Assembly (NCBI GenBank): GCA_963700285.1
Contig: CAVOXA010000001.1
Location: 480,001-544,000 of the forward strand
Direction of reading: 5' to 3'
From: an uncultured Chloroflexia bacterium
GTDB taxonomy: Bacteria > Chloroflexota > Anaerolineae > JAAYZQ01
DNA length: 64,000 nt
The notes beneath the pieces are model-generated. The model made no database searches. It had not been told where the DNA came from and worked only from the letters and a program-made list of their open reading frames with translations. Below are positions 48,516 to 58,608 of this stretch, piece by piece; position 1 is the stretch's first letter, and each line of letters begins with the position of its first letter. Made by a program: the position numbers and the translations under genes.

Positions 48516-50696
48516 GTGGCACAAGACAGGCTACGATTCACCAAAACCGACCTCAAAACGGAGGCTCGCGTCGATGAACTCCTGGCGCAGATGACACTGG
48601 GGGAGAAGGTGGGCCAGATGGTCCAGATCAGTGTCCGCGACATGGCCGGGGGAGAGGGCGAGGAACGCATCCGCAGGGGCCAGGCTGGATCGGTACTGAC
48701 CGTCTATGGCGCGGCTGAGACCAACCGATTGCAAAAGATCGCTGTTGAGGAATCGCGGCTGCGCATCCCCCTGATCATCGGCAACGATGTCATCCATGGT
48801 TTCCGTACCATCTTTCCCATTCCCCTGGCCGAGTCCTGTACCTGGAACCCGGGGTTAGTGCAGGCAGCCGCACGTATCGCGGCCGAGGAAGCCACCTCCC
48901 ACGGCACCCACTGGAACTTTGCACCGATGGTCGATATCTGCCGGGACCCACGCTGGGGCCGCATCGCTGAAGGAGCTGGGGAGGATCCATTGCTAGGGGG
49001 AACAATGGCCCGCGCCCGGGTGCTCGGCTTCCAGGCAGACGATCTGGCCAGCGGCCGCAGAATGGTCGCCTGTCCCAAGCACTATGTGGGCTATGGCGCA
49101 GCCGAGGCAGGCAAGGACTATAACACGGTCGACATCTCGGAGCGAGTGCTTCGGGACGTGCACCTGCCCCCTTTTAGGGCTGCCTTTGAGGCGGGCGCAG
49201 GCACTGTCATGTCGGCCTTTAACGAGATTGCCGGGGTTCCAGCCTCGGCCAACCCCTTCACGCTGGATACTGTCCTGCGAAAGGAGTTGGGTTTTGGCGG
49301 CGTGGTACTGAGCGACTGGAACGCCATCGGCGAACTGATCCCCCATGGCTTTGCCGCTGACTTGAAAGAGGCGGCGATGCTGAGCGTTTTGGCCGGTGTG
49401 GACATGGATATGGTAGCCGATGCCTACCACAACCACCTGGCAGAACTGGTGACTGAGGGCATGGTGCCGCTTGCCGTGGTCGACGCGGCCGTCCGCCGGG
49501 TGCTCCGCCTGAAAATCGCGCTGGGCCTGTTTGAGCAGCCCTACGTTGACGAGTCTCTTGCCATGCGGGCTGTGCTGCAGCCCGCATACCGGGCCAAGGC
49601 CCTTGAGGTGGCCCAAAAATCGATGGTCTTGCTCAAGAACGATGGCGGCCTCCTGCCGTTGAGCCCTGACCTGGGGCATGTGGCCCTGATCGGCCCCCTC
49701 GCCGGCGACCACCACGAGATCCTTGGTTGCTGGTACCGCTTCGGGCGCGATGAGGATGCCGAGAGCGTATTGGATGGCATGCGGGCAGTCCTACCGCCGT
49801 CTACAGAGATCAGCCATGTACCCGGCTGTGACCTGGCGGGAGCGGAGGAGCCCGATTTGGAGGCGGCCGTAACTGCTGCTCTGGCTGCCGATGTGGCGGT
49901 TCTCGTGCTAGGTGAGGGTGAGTACATGAGCGGCGAGGCACACTCGCGGGCTCATCTCGGCTTGCCGGGGCACCAGCAAATGCTGCTGGAAGCAGTATAT
50001 GCTACCGGCACGCCTGTAGTGGTTGTACTGATGAGCGGTCGCCCCCTGGCCATCCCGTGGCTGGCCGAGAACGTCCCCGCCATCCTCCAGGCATGGCACG
50101 GCGGCATCCGGGCGGGACGGGCTGTTGCTGATGTCCTGGTGGGGAGCGTCAACCCCAGCGGCAAGCTCACGGCCACCTGGCCGCGTGCTGAGGGACAGAT
50201 CCCCATCTACTATGCCCACAAGAATACGGGCCGGCCGGACAGTGGGGAGGGAACGGTGCAGCATGACCGGCCGCACCGGTCGAACTATATCGACGAGACA
50301 AACGCGCCCCAGTATCCCTTTGGCTACGGCCTGAGCTATACTTCATTTGAGTACAGCGACCTGACCGTCGAAATGCGACAGGTGGGCCTAGAAGGCACTC
50401 TGGTTGTTAGTGCCATGATTGCCAACGCGGGCCAGCGTCCGGGGGACGAGATCGTGCAACTTTACGTACGGGATCTCGTGGCCAGCGTCACCCGGCCCGT
50501 GAAAGAACTCAAAGCCTTCCAGCGCATCTCACTGGAGCCAGGCGAGAACAGGATGGTACGATTTGAGGTGCCTGTACAACAATTGGGCTTCCATGGACTC
50601 AAGATGAACTATGTGGCTGAACCGGGCGACTTTCAGGTTTGGGTTGGCCCCAACTCCGCTGAGGGCTTGAAGAGTTCGTTTAAGGTGCTTGGCTAG
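48516..50696 (+). CDS. GH3 beta-glucosidase (BglX-like), no signal peptide
   Basis: DVIHG, RDPRWGR, KHY, SDW nucleophile, SGEA, and FN3 tail with VQLYVRD..RPVKELKAF. Confidence 0.93.
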   Translation: MAQDRLRFTKTDLKTEARVDELLAQMTLGEKVGQMVQISVRDMAGGEGEERIRRGQAGSVLTVYGAAETNRLQKIAVEESRLRIPLIIGNDVIHGFRTIFPIPLAESCTWNPGLVQAAARIAAEEATSHGTHWNFAPMVDICRDPRWGRIAEGAGEDPLLGGTMARARVLGFQADDLASGRRMVACPKHYVGYGAAEAGKDYNTVDISERVLRDVHLPPFRAAFEAGAGTVMSAFNEIAGVPASANPFTLDTVLRKELGFGGVVLSDWNAIGELIPHGFAADLKEAAMLSVLAGVDMDMVADAYHNHLAELVTEGMVPLAVVDAAVRRVLRLKIALGLFEQPYVDESLAMRAVLQPAYRAKALEVAQKSMVLLKNDGGLLPLSPDLGHVALIGPLAGDHHEILGCWYRFGRDEDAESVLDGMRAVLPPSTEISHVPGCDLAGAEEPDLEAAVTAALAADVAVLVLGEGEYMSGEAHSRAHLGLPGHQQMLLEAVYATGTPVVVVLMSGRPLAIPWLAENVPAILQAWHGGIRAGRAVADVLVGSVNPSGKLTATWPRAEGQIPIYYAHKNTGRPDSGEGTVQHDRPHRSNYIDETNAPQYPFGYGLSYTSFEYSDLTVEMRQVGLEGTLVVSAMIANAGQRPGDEIVQLYVRDLVASVTRPVKELKAFQRISLEPGENRMVRFEVPVQQLGFHGLKMNYVAEPGDFQVWVGPNSAEGLKSSFKVLG

Positions 50697-50819
50697 AGCC
50701 TTTGAATAATTGGTCACCGGATCCGGCATCGGCGCTTGAAGGATCTCACCAGGTCAATTTCGACGACGCTGGCTTGATCCTGTGCCTGGAGTGGAGTACC
50801 GGCTGTCCCTCAGCTTTGA

Positions 50820-51145
50820 GTTGGGCGGCTTTGACCAACGGAGATGGCGTGGGCCTGCTGGGCGTGGGGATGCCCTGGCTGAACGTCAGCGCCTACCCCT
50901 ACACAGCGTTGGACCTGGCACGGGCGCGGCATGTCCACGAACCCAAGCCACCAGAGAATCTCACGCTCAATCTGGACCTGGCCCAGTCCGGCCTGGAGAG
51001 CGAAAGCTGCGGCCCTGGCGTGCTGCCCCAGTACCGGCTGGAGGCGCACGACTATCGCTACCTACTGTGTTTGAGGCCCCTGCCAGGGCTTGAGGACACA
51101 CCGCAGGTGCTCAGCAGGCAGGTTCTGTCGCGACTGAACGAATGA
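50820..51145 (+). pseudogene. C-terminal remnant of a GH2 beta-galactosidase (LacZ domain 5)
   Basis: WAALTNGDGVGL...LARARHVHE...LNLDLAQSGLESESCGPGVLPQYRL matches the end of LacZ/EbgA-type proteins; no catalytic domain upstream. Confidence 0.7.
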
Positions 51146-51193
51146 GGAATCTCCGGACACAAACCGGCGCCACTTTGGCGCTGGTCCTGTTAC

Positions 51194-52168
51194 CTACCCC
51201 CACAAGCCCTTTAAGAACCTCACCTTTTCCACCGTCTGGTAGTTGCCTCCACCCTCATGGTCGTTGTAGCGGTAGATGCGGATCTCCTTGGGGCCGGCAA
51301 AGTGGTTGTAGGCTGCAAATACCGTCGAAGGCGGGCAGATCATGTCCATGAGCGCTACGGAAAAGAGCGCCTTGGCCTTCGAACGGGCGGCAAAATTCAC
51401 ACCGTCAAAGTAAGACAGCGTCTTAAAAACCGTATCGACCTTGTCCCTGTAGGCCTTGCAGAAGCGGACGATCTCGCTATAGGGCGCTTCATCGGTGATA
51501 TCAGTCGCCCGCCGGTAATGGCACAGGAAAGGTACGTCGGGCATTACGACGGGTACACTGGGCTCGAGGCCACCAGCAGCCAACGTGATGCCGCCCCCCT
51601 GGCTGCCACCGGTCAAGGCAATGCGCTCGGCGTCTACTGCGGGATGCGCTCGGGCCGCCTCCACGGCGCGTACCGCGTCACTGAAAAGACGCCGGTAATA
51701 ATAAGTTGCCGGATCCAGGACTCCCCTGGTCATGAAGCCAGGATACTGGAGGCCGGAGTCCGGTGGTTCAAGGTCGGGTGTGTCACCCGTACGGATATGG
51801 CTGTAGCCCTGCCCCCGAGTGTCCATCACCAGGTGGGCGTAACCAGCACTGCTCCACACCAGCCAGTCGGTGGGAAAGGCTCGACCACCGCTGTAGCCGA
51901 TGTACTCTACAACGCAGGGCAGCGGTTCCTGGCGTTGCCGGGGCAGCAACAGCCAGCCCTTGATAGGCAAGCCGCTGTAGCCATTAAAGGTCACGTCAAA
52001 GGTTTCCACGGTGACCAGCCCATAGTCCACCGGCTCGAAGCGTGGTTCCAGGGGGAAGGTACGCGTCTCTGCCAGCGTCTGCACCCAGAATGCGTCAAAG
52101 TCGACTGGCTCTTCCCTGGCCGGCAGATAGGTTCTCAGTTCCTCCAATGGCATGTCGAACAGCATCAT
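51194..52168 (-). CDS. Acetylxylan esterase / cephalosporin-C deacetylase (CE7)
   Basis: [31 protein letters not shown]. Confidence 0.93.
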   Translation of the reverse strand: MMLFDMPLEELRTYLPAREEPVDFDAFWVQTLAETRTFPLEPRFEPVDYGLVTVETFDVTFNGYSGLPIKGWLLLPRQRQEPLPCVVEYIGYSGGRAFPTDWLVWSSAGYAHLVMDTRGQGYSHIRTGDTPDLEPPDSGLQYPGFMTRGVLDPATYYYRRLFSDAVRAVEAARAHPAVDAERIALTGGSQGGGITLAAGGLEPSVPVVMPDVPFLCHYRRATDITDEAPYSEIVRFCKAYRDKVDTVFKTLSYFDGVNFAARSKAKALFSVALMDMICPPSTVFAAYNHFAGPKEIRIYRYNDHEGGGNYQTVEKVRFLKGLWG

Positions 52169-52327
52169 TCACTCCTTTTCTCAGCGATAGTGTCCAGACC
52201 TCGTAGATCACAGCCAGAACCTGCCTGCTTGGATGGCCTGCGGCCAAGTGCCGGTCCGGCTGGATCGAGTGCGCGCATTATACTCGAAATGCCGACAAAC
52301 AGCAAGCAGTCCAAGATGTCAAGGATA

Positions 52328-52379
52328 TGTACACACTGTTCAATAATACTTGCGTCTGTCGCATGTGGTGTGCTATAAT
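52328..52379 (+). promoter_or_regulatory. Operator-like palindrome plus promoter upstream of the XRE regulator
   Basis: TGTACA-cac-TGTTCA, a 7-nt gap, then TTGCGT-N18-TATAAT. Confidence 0.55.
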
Positions 52380-52508
52380 TGTGGCATAGATCTTTCAGCG
52401 GAATTTAGATTCCCGTCAGTGAGCGTGCCACTGGATATCTCAACAGCATGGATGTTTGCCGGCCCCAGATTGGTCATCGAACTGAACATGAGACAAGGAG
52501 CGTCCTGC

Positions 52509-53045
52509 ATGATTGGAGAAAGGATTCGTGACCGGAGACACGAACTCGGCTTGAGCCTGCGAGCCTTGGCGGATAAGGTGGACCTTACGGCCAGCTTTCT
52601 CAGCCAGATTGAGCGGTCACAAGCGGAACCATCCATCAAATCACTGCGTAGAATCGCTGATGCCTTGGGCGTATCCTTGTTCTACTTTCTTGCCGAGGAT
52701 GAGGTCGTCAGTCCTGTCGTGCGCAAAGATGAGCGAACGCGGTTGGAGCTGCCTGGCTCCAGGGTGATCTGTGAGCTGCTTACACCAAACGTCCGTCGCA
52801 AGATGGAGGTTCTCATGATCAATGCCGATCCTATCCGGGGAAATATCGCACAGCCGCTGCCTGAACCTACCGAAGAGTGCATTGTGCTATTGAAGGGTCG
52901 TCTGCACGTCAAGCTGGACGATGAGGAATACGAGCTAGAGCCAGGTGATAGTGTCTATTTCGAGGGACCCAGGCTGCGGTCTCTCTCAGCAGGAGGCGAC
53001 GAGGAAGCTCTCTTTTTCTCAGCAATGACGCCCGCTGTATTTTGA
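52509..53045 (+). CDS. XRE-family HTH + cupin transcriptional regulator
   Basis: IGERIRDRR..LSLRALA..SFLSQIER..PSIKSL; cupin EECIVLLKG..LEPGDSVYF. Confidence 0.92.
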   Translation: MIGERIRDRRHELGLSLRALADKVDLTASFLSQIERSQAEPSIKSLRRIADALGVSLFYFLAEDEVVSPVVRKDERTRLELPGSRVICELLTPNVRRKMEVLMINADPIRGNIAQPLPEPTEECIVLLKGRLHVKLDDEEYELEPGDSVYFEGPRLRSLSAGGDEEALFFSAMTPAVF

Positions 53046-53202
53046 TTTTCCTTTCAGAAGGACCTGCCAGTCACTGGACGGTCGGCGTTTCCTACGCCCA
53101 CAAGGCCAGAGTCGCCGAGTGTTTGCGGGCTGTGAGCCCGAGTCCCTCTATCCCTGGTTCTTCTGTAGCCCGATTTCCTGTGGATGTGGGGAGGTATGAA
53201 AA

Positions 53203-54150
53203 GTGTCTATCCGGCTGCTATACATAAGCACACCTGAGTTCGGAGTTCCTGCGTTGTGGTTGCTGGCACAGGACAAGCGATTTGAAGTGGTCGGCGTTGT
53301 GACCCGGCCCGATAGGCCGGCGGGCCGGGGCCTCAAGGTCACGCCCCCGCCGGTCAAGTCGGCAGCGCTGGAGCTTGGACTCCGGGCGCTCCAGCCCCCA
53401 AGCCTTCGCACTCCCGAGGCTCAGGCTGCCATCCGCGCCCTTGAGCCTGATGTGGGTGCGGTAGCAGCCTACGGGCAGTGGATCCCCGCAGAGGTTTTTG
53501 ACCTCCCGCCAAAACGCTGTCTCAACCTGCATCCTTCGCTCCTGCCGCGGCACCGCGGCGCGGCTCCGGTTCCCAGTACCATTCTGGCCGGCGACAGTGA
53601 AGTGGGCCTATCCGTGCTCTTTGTCGAAGACGAGATGGACGCTGGTGATCTCTTGGCCCAACTTGCTATGCCCATTGGCCGGAATGATACTGCCGGCTCT
53701 CTCATGGCCAAACTGGCCGAGATTGGCGCCCCCTTCTTTGTGGATACGCTGGCCGCCTGGGTCGCTGGCGAAATTACGCCGCAGCCCCAGGACCACGCCC
53801 AGTCCACATGGATCGACCGCATGGTCAAAGATGCGGGGTACATGGACTGGTCCCTGCCGGCAGATCAACTCGCCCGCTGCAGCCGGGCCTTCTCTCCATG
53901 GCCCGGGACCTATACTTTCTTTGAGGGTAAACGTTTGCTGGTACGCTGTGCGTGGGCTCTCCCAGACTCGCTTGGGGCAGTTTCCGGCAATCAGCCCGGG
54001 ACCGTCGTGCGGTCCGGGGCCGAGGTTGCCGTGGTTACCGGCAATGGCTTGCTCTGTCTCGACAGGGTACAACTGGAGAGCCGGCGGCCGCTGGATATTC
54101 GCGACTTTGTGCGAGGCCAACGGAGGTTCATCGGTGCGACGCTGGGCTAA
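53203..54150 (+). CDS. fmt: Methionyl-tRNA formyltransferase (or close paralog)
   Basis: TPEF, VVTRPDRPAGRG, AYGQ, NLHPSLLPRHRGAAP, MDAGD, RAFSPWPG, plus the C-terminal domain. Confidence 0.85.
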   Translation: MSIRLLYISTPEFGVPALWLLAQDKRFEVVGVVTRPDRPAGRGLKVTPPPVKSAALELGLRALQPPSLRTPEAQAAIRALEPDVGAVAAYGQWIPAEVFDLPPKRCLNLHPSLLPRHRGAAPVPSTILAGDSEVGLSVLFVEDEMDAGDLLAQLAMPIGRNDTAGSLMAKLAEIGAPFFVDTLAAWVAGEITPQPQDHAQSTWIDRMVKDAGYMDWSLPADQLARCSRAFSPWPGTYTFFEGKRLLVRCAWALPDSLGAVSGNQPGTVVRSGAEVAVVTGNGLLCLDRVQLESRRPLDIRDFVRGQRRFIGATLG

Positions 54151-54219
54151 AAGGCGAGGTTGGCGAAAGAGATCGGTTGCGACCATTTGCGTGGCGATGT
54201 GTCCAGCGTATCAGATGAG

Positions 54220-54270
54220 AGTACACATTGTACAGCAAAAGTTGAAGAGAATCCGATTCTATGATATAGT
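54220..54270 (+). promoter_or_regulatory. Second copy of the operator plus promoter of the catabolic operon
   Basis: AGTACA-cat-TGTACA, a 7-nt gap, then TTGAAG-N17-TATAGT. Confidence 0.55.
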
Positions 54271-54395
54271 CTTGTCTGTGCTGAGTCACGTTCAGGCTTG
54301 CATTCATGGGTGGAAGGTAAATTGGAGCATGCAGGTGCACAAGCCTTTGCCATTTCCAAAAAAGTAGGTCATTTCGCCATAGAGATGGGGCAGGT

Positions 54396-55754
54396 ATGAC
54401 GATTCTCATTCAGGGCGCCTCATACGTTGTACGTTCTGCGGAACGCATCGAGTTCAATTGCGATGTGCTCATTGAAGGGACGCGTATCGCTGGTACGGGC
54501 CACTATGTGCCCCAAGCCAATTGGGACGTGATCGATGCGACCAACTGCGCTGTGATCCCTGGCCTGATCAATGCCCACACCCACCTCTATCAGAACTTTC
54601 TCAAAGGGCTGAATGATGGTGTTCCCCTGGTAGAGTGGTGTGACCGGGTGCTCTTTCCAGTGGCCGATGTAATCCATACCGATCACTGGCAAGCTCGCGA
54701 CGAGCGTCTGGGATACGCCTGGTCCCTGGTGAGCGCTCTGGAAATGATCAAAGCTGGTACTACCTGCTGCATTAACATGGATATGACCATGGATTCTGTG
54801 TTCCAGGCCTGGCTCGATATCGGTTTCCGTGGTGTGGGCGCAGTGACCCTGTCAGACCAGTGGCTCCCCGACAAGCTCCTTCGCTCGCCAGAGGTCGGCC
54901 AGCAGGAGGCGCTGGGCTACGCCCAGTGCTGGCAGAATACGCCTCCTGACAGCCCTCGCTTGCAGATCATCCTCGCTCCCTCAACGCCGTTTTTGGCCAG
55001 CCCAGACCTCTTAAAGTGGACGAGGGAGCAGCGGGACCGCCTCGGTGTGGGAGTACAGATACACGTGGCTGAAACCCGCTACGAGATGGAGCGCATGGCC
55101 GAGCAGACTGGGACCACTCCCCTGTGTTACCTGGATCGTTACAGTCTGGTAGACCACCGGCTAACCGCTGTGCACTGTGTTCACATGGACCAGGCAGACC
55201 TCGACCTGCTCCAAGAACGCGGCGTGATCCCGATCCACAATCCCAAGAGCAACATGAAACTGGGCAGCGGCATTTCGCCCGTGGCCGAGATGCTGCGCCG
55301 GGGCATTCCAGTTGCTCTGGGCAATGATGGCAGCGCGTCCAACGATCTGCTGGATATGTTTGAGGAAATGCGTTTTGCAGCGCTTTTGCAAAAGGTTGCT
55401 GCCCAGGATCCCGCGGTTATTTCGGCCGCGGATGTGTTCCGCATGGCCACGGAGAACGGCGCCAGGGCATGCCGCATTGACGCCGGTACCATCGACCCGG
55501 GCCGTTTGGCTGACCTGGCAGTTGTCAATCTACGCAAGCCGCATCTCGTGCCAGTCCACGATATCATGAACAGCTTGGTCTACTGTGCCAAAGGAGAAGA
55601 TGTAGAGACTACCATCATCAACGGCAGCATCGTAATGCGGGATCGTGCACTGGTTACCATGGACGAAGACGAGATTCTGGATCTGGCCCAAGAGTGGGGC
55701 AGTAGCTTGTACCAGCGTGGTCAGCAGAGTGAACTCTACCCCAAAGACGGTTGA
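54396..55754 (+). CDS. Amidohydrolase-family deaminase (MtaD/8-oxoguanine deaminase-like)
   Basis: PGLINAHTHLYQ, HVAET, AVHCV, SNMKLGSG, LGNDGSASND. Confidence 0.85.
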   Translation: MTILIQGASYVVRSAERIEFNCDVLIEGTRIAGTGHYVPQANWDVIDATNCAVIPGLINAHTHLYQNFLKGLNDGVPLVEWCDRVLFPVADVIHTDHWQARDERLGYAWSLVSALEMIKAGTTCCINMDMTMDSVFQAWLDIGFRGVGAVTLSDQWLPDKLLRSPEVGQQEALGYAQCWQNTPPDSPRLQIILAPSTPFLASPDLLKWTREQRDRLGVGVQIHVAETRYEMERMAEQTGTTPLCYLDRYSLVDHRLTAVHCVHMDQADLDLLQERGVIPIHNPKSNMKLGSGISPVAEMLRRGIPVALGNDGSASNDLLDMFEEMRFAALLQKVAAQDPAVISAADVFRMATENGARACRIDAGTIDPGRLADLAVVNLRKPHLVPVHDIMNSLVYCAKGEDVETTIINGSIVMRDRALVTMDEDEILDLAQEWGSSLYQRGQQSELYPKDG

Positions 55755-55845
55755 TGGCTTGGTTCCACTGCGGAGGTGATGGGTGCCATGAAGACTGTCT
55801 GGGGTGGTAGTGGATAGCGACAAACTTGAGAGGAGGCGGCTAGCA

Positions 55846-57267
55846 ATGAGCCAGTTGTTAGAGCAATTGATGGACGTATGCGCACCGGCGCGGGTGTCCG
55901 ACAAACTACCGGATCGCATCTGTTATACCCGCGACGCCGGGCCCAGTCCAGGAGGGATCCCGGGCTATGTGGTGCGCCCCAAGACAACCCAGGAGGTAGC
56001 AGGAATCCTCGAGGTCGCGAATGCACATTGCACTCCCGTTTTCATCTGGGGGCGCTCCACGACTTTTATCGGGATGGGGATTCAGGACGGCTGCATTTTG
56101 ATGGCCCTGGATTTGATGGACAGGATCATCGAGATGGACTTTGACAACAAGGTGGTCGTTGTGGAGCCGGGCGCCGTTTGGCACTCGGTGGACGTGGAGC
56201 TGAACAAGCTGGGATGGGAACTGGCTGTTCCGGGCCCGGGCGGCATGTTCTCCTGTACCATCGGCGGTTCGGTAGCCTACAACGCTGTGCCTCATGCCTT
56301 GGCCGAGTACGGTATGACCGGCAACCACGTTATCGGCCTTGAGGTGGTACTGCCCGATGGCAAGATCATCAATACTGGCAGCGGCGCCAATGAGGCGGCA
56401 GGGCACCTGCACTTTGAGCGCTATGCCAACGGCCCGGATCTGACCGGTCTTTTTGTGGGTTCCTATGGCGTGTTCGGCGTCATCACCAAGGTTTACTTCC
56501 GCATCCGACGGGTTCCCGATGTTGAGACCTTTGCTTTTTACGGATTTGACCGCTTTGAGCAGGCCGTGGATGCAGCCCATGCGATCCAGCGGCAGGATGC
56601 AGCCACACACATGGTCGGCCTGTTTGGTGGACCAAAACCGGCGAACTATGATGCGCATGATGCCTTTCTACACATTGTCGTCCGTGACTCCCGCGTGGCA
56701 GCCCAGGAAAGGATCCGTGTGGCCGAGGCCGTGTGCGAATCCTTCGCCGGCTACCGGCTGGACAGCAATGCCACGCGATTGTACTGGGAGGGTCACATGT
56801 ACTCCTGGCTTCGGAATACGCCGCCCGACCACTACTATGGCAACCGTCCATTCATGTGTCCAGAGGTGGCGGGCTTTATGCCCACAGATAAGGTCAAGGA
56901 TGCCATCGCCTTTCTACGCAATGACGCCCTTGAGCATGCCGACGAATGGGCCAAGTACGATATCCGTACCAAGTGCAACGACGTCTACTTTTCCAGCAAT
57001 GCGGCCTTTATCTGGATCGATACACTCTATCCCGAGATGGACAAGGAAGCGTGGCAGTATGGTCTTGCCCTGCGCTCTCGGTACACGGAAGAATTGTGCC
57101 GGCGCTATATGTCCCCAGGTGGAATCCTGCAGGCTATTGCCCCAGAAGTCATGACCAAACTAGGTGCCGGATTCGACTTTATCAAGTTCCTCAAGGGCTC
57201 GTTGGACCCGAACTACATTCTGAACCCGGGCGTCATGTACCTGGAACCGGAGGCCACGCATGTCTAG
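55846..57267 (+). CDS. FAD-binding oxidoreductase (GlcD/D-lactate dehydrogenase-like)
   Basis: VVRPKTTQEV, TIGG, GLEVVLPDG, GPDLTGLFVGSYGVFGVITK, DPNYILNPG. Confidence 0.85.
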   Translation: MSQLLEQLMDVCAPARVSDKLPDRICYTRDAGPSPGGIPGYVVRPKTTQEVAGILEVANAHCTPVFIWGRSTTFIGMGIQDGCILMALDLMDRIIEMDFDNKVVVVEPGAVWHSVDVELNKLGWELAVPGPGGMFSCTIGGSVAYNAVPHALAEYGMTGNHVIGLEVVLPDGKIINTGSGANEAAGHLHFERYANGPDLTGLFVGSYGVFGVITKVYFRIRRVPDVETFAFYGFDRFEQAVDAAHAIQRQDAATHMVGLFGGPKPANYDAHDAFLHIVVRDSRVAAQERIRVAEAVCESFAGYRLDSNATRLYWEGHMYSWLRNTPPDHYYGNRPFMCPEVAGFMPTDKVKDAIAFLRNDALEHADEWAKYDIRTKCNDVYFSSNAAFIWIDTLYPEMDKEAWQYGLALRSRYTEELCRRYMSPGGILQAIAPEVMTKLGAGFDFIKFLKGSLDPNYILNPGVMYLEPEATHV

Positions 57268-58474
57268 TGCAGAGAAAGAGACGCTGAAAATGGGTGAACG
57301 TCGCATTGATGAGCTAAAGAACTATATCTACCAGTGCAATCGCTGTGGACAGTGTTTGGACTTTTCTACCCTTGGGCAGGCCAAGAAATGCCCGGCATTT
57401 GAAGGGGGATTGTTCGAATCGTACGCGGCTCGCGGCAAGTACAACATCGCCCGTGCTCTGGTGGATGGGGTCATAGACTATGACATGGACCTTGCCGAGC
57501 GGGTTTTTGCTTGTAATGAGTGTCGAGCCTGCGCTGAGGACTGCTTCAAGTTCCTCGACACGACTGGCATGTTCACGGCACTGAAGGAGGACCTGGCCCA
57601 GCTTGGCCTGATCCCGCCTAACTTCAAGGAGGGCCTGGAGGGCGAGATGGGCCTGGATGAGACGCACAATGTCTACAAAGCCCCTCACGAGGAAAGGCTA
57701 GCCTGGCTGCAGGACCAGTCCCGGGTGGATGTGCCCGCCGAAACGGCGATCTTTGTTGGATGCTCGTCGGCCTACGTGCGGCAAAACATGGCTGTGGATA
57801 CCGTCGGCACGCTGGAACGGCTCGGTGTCGAATACACCCTGCTTAGCGACGAGTGGTGCTGCGGGCATCCCTACATGGCCGCCGGCCAGGTCGACAAGGC
57901 GCGCGAGGCGCTGGAGCACAGCATTTCGCAGTACATGGACCTGGGCGTCAAGCGCGTGGTGTTCAACTGTCCCGGCTGCCTCAAGACTTTTAAGCATGAT
58001 GCGCCCATGATACTCGGCAGGTCGCTTCCCTTCGAGCCGATGCACATCCTGGAGTTGATGGCCTATCTGGCCGAACAGGGCAAGATTCGCTTCAAACCGC
58101 TTTCACCCAAAATCAATATCACCTATCACGATTCCTGTACCATGGGACGTTGGCTGGATATCTATGAGGCTCCGCGCGTGCTGTTGAAGCATATCTATGG
58201 CGTGGCCCTCACAGAGATGCCCCGCAACCGTGGCAACGCCTACTGCTGCGGCGCTGGCGGCTTGATCCGCTATGACTATGCTGACATCTCGAATAATGCG
58301 GGAACCGAGAGATTCCAGGAGGCCGAGGCCACGGGCGCGGATGTGCTGATGACTTCTTGTCCGGCTTGCCTCGTCCAGTTCCAGCAGACGCGCAGCAAGC
58401 TCAGGAGCCGCATGAAGATCATGGACATTACGCAGATTATCTGGGAGCAGTTGATGCTTCCCGGCGAATCATGA
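57260..58474 (+). CDS. Fe-S oxidoreductase with CCG domains (GlcF/HdrD-like)
   Basis: CNRCGQC, CNECRACAEDC, WCCG, CPGC, YHDSC, CCGAGG, CPAC. Confidence 0.88.
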   Translation: MSSAEKETLKMGERRIDELKNYIYQCNRCGQCLDFSTLGQAKKCPAFEGGLFESYAARGKYNIARALVDGVIDYDMDLAERVFACNECRACAEDCFKFLDTTGMFTALKEDLAQLGLIPPNFKEGLEGEMGLDETHNVYKAPHEERLAWLQDQSRVDVPAETAIFVGCSSAYVRQNMAVDTVGTLERLGVEYTLLSDEWCCGHPYMAAGQVDKAREALEHSISQYMDLGVKRVVFNCPGCLKTFKHDAPMILGRSLPFEPMHILELMAYLAEQGKIRFKPLSPKINITYHDSCTMGRWLDIYEAPRVLLKHIYGVALTEMPRNRGNAYCCGAGGLIRYDYADISNNAGTERFQEAEATGADVLMTSCPACLVQFQQTRSKLRSRMKIMDITQIIWEQLMLPGES

Positions 58475-58497
58475 TCGTAACCGTGCTTTAGGGATGC

Positions 58498-58608
58498 ATG
58501 GCGAACCAATTTCTGGCAGAATCAGGTGGCAGGTGGTCGGCACCCTACAAGACACGAGCCATCGCCGTGCTCACCGAACGGGCGCTAGAAGAGGTGCTGG
58601 ACTCATGA
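58498..58608 (+). pseudogene. C-terminal remnant of a molybdenum-hydroxylase FAD subunit (XdhB/CoxM-like)
   Basis: RWSAPYKTRAIAVLTERALEEVLDS* resembles the R.S..Y(R/K)...VL..RAL end of FAD subunits; its TGA overlaps the next ATG (ATGA). Confidence 0.5.
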
